A DNA stretch of 64,000 nucleotides, from positions 9,561-73,560 of IMG/VR virus record IMGVR_UViG_3300025870_000010. The stretch is one strand, 5' to 3'. Made by a program: the position numbers and the translations under genes. The stretch is from a virus. The notes under the pieces are model-generated. The model ran no database searches and had not been told where the DNA came from. It saw nothing but the letters and a program-made list of their open reading frames with translations. Shown piece after piece: positions 39,342-47,704 of this stretch (position 1 is the stretch's first letter; every line of letters begins with the position of its first letter).

Positions 39342-40850
39342 TTATTTACGGTTTTGTTTTATTTCATGTGCTATTTTTGCACATAATTTTGAACGATATT
39401 GATTTTTCTTTCTATTTGCATACAATTCATCATATACTCCTTTCAATGTCGATTTTCCTTTTTTGAATATACAACCGGATACTGAAATGACCTCATCGTT
39501 TTTAGGTCTTTCTATTTCAATAGATAATGGTTTATACTTACTATAATATTTTAGGTCATTTGTTTCTTTTCTATCAAAGTTTTCAAAACCTAATTCTAAG
39601 AAACGAGAAATAGATGGATACAGTGAACTAAAATCATAACAAGCAGTTAAAGTATGCAAACCAGCAATTGGTGATTTTACAAAGGCTCCCTCGTACCATT
39701 CCTTTTGTCTTTGAGATATATCAATAATCGGCATAACTTTTGATTTTGAAGTATAAGCCTTAGACATGTATCCTTCGGTAACGTTTACAGCAGAATCCGC
39801 TTTGTCTATTGGATTACAAGAACCATTTCCTTGTGCCAAGATTGCAGAAAATGGTCGTCTTTTTTCGTGGATCAACAAAACAAGAATAGTATCGACAGCA
39901 TTATAAAGACAATATGTATCATAATCCTTTGCGTACATTTCTTTTAAGACATCACCATTCATTACTGGATAGTTTCCGTATTTCAACTTTTTTACCTTTA
40001 ATACTTTCGAAGATACAAAATCTAAAGATTTAGATTCTTTTACTTTTATACTTCTATCGAATGCATCAAAATAATACATATAGTCAACAACCGCAAAGTG
40101 ATGCGGAACTTTACCTACATCTTTTTTGTTATTCAATTTGTTGGTAGGAGAAATAGATTTATAATCAACTTTAAGGTTATCCATTCTTTTAGTTAAGAAA
40201 GGCCAATCAAATCCGTTGTCATTTGCCCAATTTGCTCTGAACGTATTTATAAAGTTCCATCCTGTTATGACAGGAAACTTTGAACATATCTTTACAAACG
40301 ATTCTAAAAGTTTTACTTCATCAGGAATATGAACATATTTCATTACAATTTTCAAATCAGTTACCTTAACAAAATAATCCGATAAGAATTCATTCATTTT
40401 CTTTTGCTTATCGTAATCGAAATTTTCTTTTTCTCCTAATATAACAACTTGAATTTTATTATTGTCATCTTTCCAACAAACTGTTATTGCAGTTATTTTT
40501 TCCTTAGCTAAAGTTACATCAGGGAATCCTTCGTGAATATCTGTTTCAATATCACAAAATAAAATCTTAGGCATATTAAATTCATACAATATGTTTTTAT
40601 ATTCGGGTTGCGTATTGATCCATTCCCAGATACTTTTTTTGTCTATTGTATCATTATCTTTGTAAGAAATTCTTACAACTCTTTTGTCATCCCAAGATTT
40701 GTGTTTGATGTCAGCATTAGGACCTTCATAGTATCTCCATTTCCAGAAATCTCTTTTTTTAACAGACAAAATTTGTCTATTTCTATCAGAATCTATATAT
40801 GAAATTTTAACAGTATCTGAATACTTGTTTTGTTCTATGTCTAATATCAT
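39342..40850 (-). CDS. Family B DNA polymerase, N-terminal subunit (exonuclease plus motif A; gp43A-like)
   Basis: CDIET (ExoI), TGWN...FDWPFL (ExoII), YNAVD (ExoIII), YEGAFV and YDFSSLYPS (motif A). It ends in the fingers helix. Confidence 0.92.
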   Translation of the reverse strand: MILDIEQNKYSDTVKISYIDSDRNRQILSVKKRDFWKWRYYEGPNADIKHKSWDDKRVVRISYKDNDTIDKKSIWEWINTQPEYKNILYEFNMPKILFCDIETDIHEGFPDVTLAKEKITAITVCWKDDNNKIQVVILGEKENFDYDKQKKMNEFLSDYFVKVTDLKIVMKYVHIPDEVKLLESFVKICSKFPVITGWNFINTFRANWANDNGFDWPFLTKRMDNLKVDYKSISPTNKLNNKKDVGKVPHHFAVVDYMYYFDAFDRSIKVKESKSLDFVSSKVLKVKKLKYGNYPVMNGDVLKEMYAKDYDTYCLYNAVDTILVLLIHEKRRPFSAILAQGNGSCNPIDKADSAVNVTEGYMSKAYTSKSKVMPIIDISQRQKEWYEGAFVKSPIAGLHTLTACYDFSSLYPSISRFLELGFENFDRKETNDLKYYSKYKPLSIEIERPKNDEVISVSGCIFKKGKSTLKGVYDELYANRKKNQYRSKLCAKIAHEIKQNRK

Positions 40851-41098
40851 TTATCGTTTTCTTTTTCCTGTTCTTTAGTTTCAGTATCACTTAAAATGCC
40901 AGCCGAATCACATAGCGTAATTATAAATTCTACTGTATCTTCGTGCAATTCGATAGTAACTTTCCCATTCTTTTTAAATCCTACTTTATTTTTCTGTGCA
41001 TGTATCTCATTTTTAAGTGTTCCGAAAACATCAATAAACGAATTCACATCGTCATTGGTTAATTGTAAATCTAAAATATTACTAATTCTTAGTTCCAT
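40847..41098 (-). CDS. Hypothetical protein
   Basis: 83-aa ORF overlapping the pol start. Confidence 0.6.
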   Translation of the reverse strand: MELRISNILDLQLTNDDVNSFIDVFGTLKNEIHAQKNKVGFKKNGKVTIELHEDTVEFIITLCDSAGILSDTETKEQEKENDK

Positions 41099-41167
41099 AA
41101 AAAATATTTGCTTTTATATACTTATTAAATAAGAAAGAAAGAAGTTTTATTTTAAAGAATTTAAACA

Positions 41168-42010
41168 ATGTCAGAAAAACCTGCAAAACCAATTGATGTT
41201 GATGTCATCATAATATCTTGGGCAAAAAACAAAGAACTATTTCAAGAAACAACAAAGTGTTTACAAACCTTATTTGATAGTGAAGACTGTTCTTTAATAC
41301 GTTTTAATGCAATTGTGGTTGAAACCGACACAGAAACATCTTTTGATGAATTCGAAACAAAAGGACATACTATAAAAACAATTCATCCGAAAGTATCACA
41401 CCCAGATTTAGAATTCGGATATCATACCTACTTAAATTTAGGATTAGAACAAGGAAATGCCGAATGGACTTGTTTGTGCAATAACGATTTAGATTTCAAG
41501 AAAAATTGGGCATTGAAAATACTTCAAGTTATTTTTAGTCAAAGAAACATAGATGAGAAACAATGGGAATATGTTTCAGCGTGTCCTGCAAATCCAAAAG
41601 AACAATGGCATAAAGAAAAATTAGACAAAATAGAATTAGGATATGGTGTTCGTCAACATGTTGCTGGTTGGTGTTTATTTCAATCAAGAAATGTTTTTGA
41701 AAAGTTCGGTAAATTAGAAGAACGAATAAAATTTTGGTTTTGTGATAATTGGTATTCGGTTGCTTGTCAATGGTACAAGATACCTCACATTTTTGTAGGA
41801 ACTTCAATTGTAGAACATCACAGTGGTTTAGAGGGAACAACTACAATTCAAAGTCAAATGGAAAAAGATAAAAAGCACAAATTGACATATGGTGCTGGCG
41901 ATGAGTTCAGAAAAATTGCCAGAGAATTAATGAATAATGAAACTTGGGGTGTGTTAGACAAAAAGCAACAAAAAGAATTTGAAGAAAAGACCGGTAAGAA
42001 ATACTATTAA
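41168..42010 (+). CDS. GT2-family glycosyltransferase
   Basis: VDVIIIS, LNLG, LCNNDL, GWCLF and FWFCDN. Late motif at 41123-41131. Confidence 0.8.
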   Translation: MSEKPAKPIDVDVIIISWAKNKELFQETTKCLQTLFDSEDCSLIRFNAIVVETDTETSFDEFETKGHTIKTIHPKVSHPDLEFGYHTYLNLGLEQGNAEWTCLCNNDLDFKKNWALKILQVIFSQRNIDEKQWEYVSACPANPKEQWHKEKLDKIELGYGVRQHVAGWCLFQSRNVFEKFGKLEERIKFWFCDNWYSVACQWYKIPHIFVGTSIVEHHSGLEGTTTIQSQMEKDKKHKLTYGAGDEFRKIARELMNNETWGVLDKKQQKEFEEKTGKKYY

Positions 42011-42011
42011 C

Positions 42012-42043
42012 AAAAAAGGGAATCGAAATGATTCCCTTTTTTT
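42012..42043. terminator. Bidirectional intrinsic terminator
   Basis: AAAAAAGGGAATC-gaaat-GATTCCCTTTTTT. Confidence 0.85.
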
Positions 42044-42123
42044 ATTTGATTATTATTACATCACCACTTTCTGTGATTATATAAGTTCCGTTTGAAGAAC
42101 TTATTAGATTTCCTTTCCAATGA

Positions 42124-44655
42124 TTACTTTGCATATATATTTCCTTTAAAGTATTTACAGTATTCGATATGATTAACTTTCAAGAAACCTTCAACTAACT
42201 TTTCTATTGCGTAGTCATTCAATCCTTCCATCATTAAGAAAGGTTTTAGATGTCTTTTGATGAATTTACTTTCAAGTAAAGTAGTTTCGAATTTATCAAA
42301 ATCTAATATAGATTCAGATATTTTAGAATTGAATTCAAAGTCTTTAAATTTTTGTAGTTTACTTTCAGAAATTTTTGATAAGAAAGGAATAAATTCTTTT
42401 TCGTCATTTTCTAATTCTAAAGTTCCATTTCTAAACATCAAAATCTTTTCGAAAATTTTAACATTAGATTTTGTCAAAGACTGATTGTGTAGTTTTTCAT
42501 CAAAAGATTCTTTCATATATTGGTCGTGATACATAGTCAATTCATATGTATTTCCATCAACCCCTCTATTATAAATAGAAATGTGTAAGTTTCCTATTGG
42601 TTTACCGTTTTTGTCTTGAATAGTAATAGTTTTACTTTGTGTCTTACCTTTCTTTGGTTTAAAGAATGCATCACCGAATGCAGCAAAGAATTCTTGTTGG
42701 TCAAATTTATAACCAGCATCTTCTATATAGTCAGTAATTACATTTAACGTTTCGCCATAACCGGCTAAATACGTTGGGTAGTCTTGTTTGAATTTTATTT
42801 TAGGTAATCTTCCTTCATTTATGATATTATCTCCTTTGATTTTATCACCATTTTCAAGTGCATAAGTCCCATCATCATCTCTAGTAACAACTAGTTTAAC
42901 AATACCTGATTTTTCTTTTCCATTAACGGTGTACTTTACAGTATCACCAACCGATATGTAACCTTTTTTTCCTTCGTTCATATTTTCTTGTAAATTTTTA
43001 GGTAAAGGAATTGTTTGTCTGATTCGTTCTTTTCGAGGACTATTCCAATATACATCTTCAGGTATTTCATATTCTATATATATAACATCTTGAATATAAT
43101 CCACTGCAATTCCTTTTATAGATTTTACTATTTCAGTTTTCTCTTCTTTTCGATAATTCCAATATTTTTTTCTAAGATATTCTTCGACATAATCATAAAT
43201 TTGAGGTGTTGCTTGTTCAATATCTTCTTTATCTAAGTACTTTTTAATAGACTTAACTGCGTTTTTAAAGTTAAACTTTTCATTCAATTCAGATTCGTTC
43301 ATATTTATGGCATTTTGCATATTCATTGATAATCTGATAATATCGGCATAATCTTTATAAGTCAATCCGTAATATTCGTTATTTTCTTTAGTACCAATAT
43401 CGAACATTTCTTTTGCTTGTTTTTCTATATTACCACTTTTGATTCTATATGTTCCCTTTCTTTTACCAGAATCCATAAATCTCATTTCGTCAGTATAATG
43501 TGGGTCTGTTGACCAACCAGAACTCTGGTCTACTTCAATAGAAAAATGAACTTCATCGTCATTTTGGTAAACAGTCCAACCGTTTCCAGATTGATAGGTT
43601 TTACCTTTTTTATATTTGATTGCTTCTTCTAAAGATAGTATATCGGCTTGTTCCATTAATTGGTCATTATCAAATCTTACAGCTGGTGTTGCGCCCCGAC
43701 CATAATTACTAATTTTTGACTCAATACCAAAAATATCTTTCAACATTGTTACCACTGTAGAACCTTTCTTTTTATCTTTCAATTGAAAGTAAGTTACTCG
43801 GTCATTTGGTTGTGATATTATTTGACTTACATAGAGACTTAACTCTTTAGAAATATCTAATGCTGAGTCACCTGATAATTGTCCTTTAAAGTTTGATTCG
43901 TCTATATTGTGTATTTCGTTTAATTCATAATCTAAAATAGATTCAACTATTAATGCATCAGAAAATAAATCTTCACCATAAGATTCTAATATATCAGAAA
44001 TTGTATCAACATCTAAATCACAATCCATAACAACAGATTCAATATCAACAGATTCAGCAAGTACTGCCGTATCTTCTAATTCATCTTTAAGTTGTTTGTA
44101 GTAAGGATGAATTTGTTTAGGTGTAAATTTTTTGAATTTCTTTTCGTCACCATCTATGATTGCTTGTCTAACTTCGGTTCCTGATGTTAATCTTCCTTTT
44201 AATTCTTGAATTGCAAAATCAGGATGCGTAGTAATGTTTTTCATTCTTTTTGCCATTCCTGTATATGTTTTTGCTCTATCTTCTCCGGCACCAATTAGCA
44301 CTGGATTGTATCCTCTTCGTTGTGTTTCCATTATAACAACCGGAATAAATGATCCAGTCATACTCCAAGCATCCTTAACTAAGTCTTGACCTTTTGCGAT
44401 ATCTTCCATATAGTTGATAGTCAAATTATCACTGAACTTTGAGTTCTTACCACTTTTACTTCTAATATAGATATAAACGGATGGTAATCCGTTAATTTTA
44501 TATAGTTCTTTGGCCATACCTAAATGACCAATAGTTAGTGGTTGGTAGCGCCCGATTATTACATTAACAGGTTCTAAATGACTTTGGTCATTTTCCCCTT
44601 GCATATCTTTTAGGTCGTTAACTATGTCTTTTTTTATAATATCTTCTTTTGCCAT
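42124..44655 (-). CDS. HIGH-superfamily (cytidyltransferase/NMNAT-like) nucleotidyltransferase followed by several protease-site-delimited domains
   Basis: GRYQPLTIGH, GAGEDR and SGTEVR in the first ~195 aa. The rest is punctuated by LAES, IVES, IDES, LEEA, MNESELNE, NMNEG, INEG and MKES. Confidence 0.8.
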   Translation of the reverse strand: MAKEDIIKKDIVNDLKDMQGENDQSHLEPVNVIIGRYQPLTIGHLGMAKELYKINGLPSVYIYIRSKSGKNSKFSDNLTINYMEDIAKGQDLVKDAWSMTGSFIPVVIMETQRRGYNPVLIGAGEDRAKTYTGMAKRMKNITTHPDFAIQELKGRLTSGTEVRQAIIDGDEKKFKKFTPKQIHPYYKQLKDELEDTAVLAESVDIESVVMDCDLDVDTISDILESYGEDLFSDALIVESILDYELNEIHNIDESNFKGQLSGDSALDISKELSLYVSQIISQPNDRVTYFQLKDKKKGSTVVTMLKDIFGIESKISNYGRGATPAVRFDNDQLMEQADILSLEEAIKYKKGKTYQSGNGWTVYQNDDEVHFSIEVDQSSGWSTDPHYTDEMRFMDSGKRKGTYRIKSGNIEKQAKEMFDIGTKENNEYYGLTYKDYADIIRLSMNMQNAINMNESELNEKFNFKNAVKSIKKYLDKEDIEQATPQIYDYVEEYLRKKYWNYRKEEKTEIVKSIKGIAVDYIQDVIYIEYEIPEDVYWNSPRKERIRQTIPLPKNLQENMNEGKKGYISVGDTVKYTVNGKEKSGIVKLVVTRDDDGTYALENGDKIKGDNIINEGRLPKIKFKQDYPTYLAGYGETLNVITDYIEDAGYKFDQQEFFAAFGDAFFKPKKGKTQSKTITIQDKNGKPIGNLHISIYNRGVDGNTYELTMYHDQYMKESFDEKLHNQSLTKSNVKIFEKILMFRNGTLELENDEKEFIPFLSKISESKLQKFKDFEFNSKISESILDFDKFETTLLESKFIKRHLKPFLMMEGLNDYAIEKLVEGFLKVNHIEYCKYFKGNIYAK

Positions 44656-44678
44656 GGGTATTTTAAATTATGTTTGAC

Positions 44679-44697
44679 TTATTTAATGATTAAATAA
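44679..44697. promoter_or_regulatory. Back-to-back late promoters forming a palindrome
   Basis: TTATTTAAT-G-ATTAAATAA between the divergent NTase and HNH genes. Confidence 0.65.
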
Positions 44698-44755
44698 AGA
44701 AAGGTAATCATAGGAACGCCAATTCCTCCTACCTTTCTTTAAAATAAATAAACTT

Positions 44756-45589
44756 ATGATATTTAATCCAAACAATTGGTATGACATTCCAGGATATAAT
44801 GGAAAGTACCAAATCAATACAATAGGACAAGTCAAATCAAACACAGCAAAATCAAAAGGAAAACTTTTAAATATAACTGAAAACAATGGTTATAATCGTG
44901 TTAAATTAGAATCTACAATATTTCAACTACATAGAATAGTTGCATTAACATTTTTACAAAACCCTAATAATTTAGAACAAGTTAATCACATAGATGGTGA
45001 TAAATCAAACAATACCCTTGAAAACTTAGAATGGATTTGTCGTTCAGATAACCAAAAACACGCATACGAAACAAGATTAAGAACACCAACGAAAGGTAGG
45101 AAATCTCCTCAAAGTAAAACTATTCAAAAAATTGTTGATGGAATTGTTGTTGCAAAATATACATCCACTTCTAATGCTAGCAAAGAATTAGGATTAAGTC
45201 AATCACTTATATCAATGATAATTTCTGGTAAAAGGAATCAACGAAAAGAATACACATTAAAACATAAAAAAGTTGATAACTGTATAGAAAACCTACCTAA
45301 TGAAATATGGAAACCTGTTAATAAAAAAGGATTTGAAGATTACAAAGTTAGTAATATGGGTAGAATCATAGGATTGGATGGGAAATTAAAAACACTATTC
45401 AATAAAAGATATTTGACTGTTAGAATGAGGGATAAATCTTTTTTAGTTCATAGATTAGTGGCAGAAACCTTTATACCTACCCTTGACGAATCGTTAGTTG
45501 TGAATCACGAAGACGAAAACAAACACAATGCGTGTTTAGAAAATTTAGAATGGGTTTCACAATCTTATAATGTGATATATAGTCTTTAA
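44756..45589 (+). mobile_element. HNH homing endonuclease with tandem NUMOD4-HNH modules
   Basis: WYDIPGYNGKYQINTIGQV / HRIVA / VNHIDGDKSNNTLENLEW, and a second EIWKPV...HRLVA...VNHEDENKHN..NLEW. Confidence 0.88.
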
Positions 45590-45605
45590 AAAAGAAAAGG
45601 ACTAC

Positions 45606-46076
45606 TTATAATGTATTCCTTTTTTCTAACTTATTTTTATATAAAAGAACTTGGAAATGAAAACAACAAAGAACAACTATACTAATCAATTCCCCTAAAA
45701 GAATACTATATGGATATGCTACGATTGATAAAATATATAAGTACCTATAAATTACAAATCTTTTATTAGTGAATATGCAATACATACAAGAAAAATAAAA
45801 ACAAATTGCAAAAATGTTGTGTGCTATTTGAAATTCATACCAATTAAAACTTGTTAATAACAGCAAGAAAAAGCTCGGAATTTTCCAATTCTTTAACGAA
45901 AAGAAAAAATATGAACATATTATATTTGAAACAATGAATAAGGGTTGATAGGGTGTTCCCCAGTATTGAGATAGTGAATCAAGTATTCCACTGCTTAAAA
46001 TCATAACAGCCGGAGAAATTAAACATAAGAAAATTGTTATTAGTTTTACGTTAAATTCCTTTATCACTTTAGTCAC
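45606..46076 (-). CDS. Multi-pass membrane protein
   Basis: About 5-6 hydrophobic segments; late motif at 46095-46103. Confidence 0.6.
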   Translation of the reverse strand: MTKVIKEFNVKLITIFLCLISPAVMILSSGILDSLSQYWGTPYQPLFIVSNIICSYFFFSLKNWKIPSFFLLLLTSFNWYEFQIAHNIFAICFYFSCMYCIFTNKRFVIYRYLYILSIVAYPYSILLGELISIVVLCCFHFQVLLYKNKLEKRNTL

Positions 46077-46165
46077 TTTATGTTGTCTTTTTATTATTTA
46101 ATGCAAAAAAAGACTACAAAATGTAGTCTTTAAATTTTATTAGTTCGATGATACTTTTTATTATA

Positions 46166-46444
46166 TTAAGATAGACCGTTTTGTTTTCTTGCTAATTGAA
46201 GCATTTCTTTATGTTCAAATTTAGTATTGATCTCAACAACAGTACCGTCTTCGAAAATTGCGCTTCTAAGGGTTAATTTAACAATCTTTCCTTTTCCTTC
46301 AGTTTTTTCAACTACTTCGTCAACTTTAACTTCGTCAACTTTAACTTCGTCAACTTTAACTTCGTCAACTTTAACTTCGTCAACTTTAACTTCGTCAACA
46401 ACTTTAACTTCTTTTTCTACGTTTTCTTTTTTATCTTTAGCCAT
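46166..46444 (-). CDS. Small protein with VDEVK repeats
   Basis: 92 aa, with a late motif at 46467-46475 and a downstream terminator at 46105-46130. Confidence 0.65.
   Translation of the reverse strand: MAKDKKENVEKEVKVVDEVKVDEVKVDEVKVDEVKVDEVKVDEVVEKTEGKGKIVKLTLRSAIFEDGTVVEINTKFEHKEMLQLARKQNGLS
46314..46399. repeat. Perfect 15-bp tandem repeat, ~5.7 copies
   Basis: Unit acttcgtcaacttta. Confidence 0.95.
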
Positions 46445-46482
46445 AATAATGTATTTTTTTATAGTATATTTAATCTAATTTT

Positions 46483-47685
46483 TCACAAAGTCTTTTTCCA
46501 ATCGTTGAACGATAAAAAGGATTCATTAATCTTTGATGTTATATCTTTAATTTTACTAACAACTAAATTTATTTGATTTTTTAAATTATCATCAATCCTT
46601 TTTGTTTTTCTCTTTTTTAGTTTCCTAAAACTAGATAGTAAAATTTTAAATATTTCTTCAGAATCTTTATTTTTCTTTACAAAATCTACAACATCTTTAC
46701 TTTTAATCATTTTTGTATTCAATGCAAATTCAGGTGCTTTTGCAAAATCTGGTTTTTTAATGTTAAGTCCTTTTAAGAAAGTTGAGTTTTCATCAATGAA
46801 TCTTTTTATTACTCTAGTCATTAAGTCTAAATACTTTTCATCTTCATTTGGACCATCTGCAATAAAATCTTTGAATACATCATTTTCTTCTACCCAACCA
46901 ATAAATGAATACAAGACTAATCCGAATTCGTCATTAGTATCTTGTTGATTAACTCTTGCGTGTGCTTTATCTCTTGCCATTTGCGTAAACATTGGATCAA
47001 CTACCTTTGCTAAATATTCACCATCGTTGAATTTAAAAACTAAACCTTCAATCGGTTTGTCTAATGTATTATTCAATGCAGTTTTCTTTAACTTAGGGTC
47101 TAAGATAGAAACAATAAACTTAGTAAAAGATGAGGTATTAAATTCTTTTACTAAATCTTCAAAAGGTGTTTTCAAAAAGTCTTCTAATTGTTCTTTTTGT
47201 AATTTACTCAATGCACCATCAAAAATTATAAAAGGTTCTTCTACATCGAAATACTTTGACCATTTTTTTAAAGTTTTCGGGTCGTCAATAAATTTAGTAA
47301 CCTTACCTTTGTCATTCATTTCTTTCATATGAGTTAAGACTAATCCATTTTTTGGTAGTCTATCATATGCAATCGAAACTGGTTTAGTATTTTGAAAATA
47401 TTCAAAACCAAATCTTAAATTATCAGGTAATTTTTTAGAACCTACTACATTTTGTATATATTCAATTGGTGGTTCATAAAGGGACATTATAGTTCTATCC
47501 AATTTAGTTATTGGTTGTCTATCATCTCTTTTAAAAAAATCCATAGTACCATTTGAATTTTGTTGTGCTGAAAAAACAGAACCATCTGGTTTTTCAGAAA
47601 CTACTAATTTCTTATTGAAAAGGTTATTTATAAATTCTGAACCTTGTTTACTATAAATATCGAATAGGTGTTGTAATCCTGCCAT
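46483..47685 (-). CDS. ATP-dependent ligase-superfamily (RNA ligase-like) nucleotidyltransferase
   Basis: SEKPDGS (motif I KxDG), FGFEYF (III), IEGLVFK (IV) and LAKVVD (V). The probable start is MAGLQHL at 47685. Confidence 0.72.
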   Translation of the reverse strand: MAGLQHLFDIYSKQGSEFINNLFNKKLVVSEKPDGSVFSAQQNSNGTMDFFKRDDRQPITKLDRTIMSLYEPPIEYIQNVVGSKKLPDNLRFGFEYFQNTKPVSIAYDRLPKNGLVLTHMKEMNDKGKVTKFIDDPKTLKKWSKYFDVEEPFIIFDGALSKLQKEQLEDFLKTPFEDLVKEFNTSSFTKFIVSILDPKLKKTALNNTLDKPIEGLVFKFNDGEYLAKVVDPMFTQMARDKAHARVNQQDTNDEFGLVLYSFIGWVEENDVFKDFIADGPNEDEKYLDLMTRVIKRFIDENSTFLKGLNIKKPDFAKAPEFALNTKMIKSKDVVDFVKKNKDSEEIFKILLSSFRKLKKRKTKRIDDNLKNQINLVVSKIKDITSKINESFLSFNDWKKTL

Positions 47686-47704
47686 GGTATATCTTTTTTT
47701 AAAT

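Noticed and set aside
38522-39342. Intron or split intein explaining the broken polymerase
   Set aside because: There is no Cys/Ser-start or His-Asn-end intein signature. The gap is filled by an intact clamp-like ORF with no room for a structured intron.
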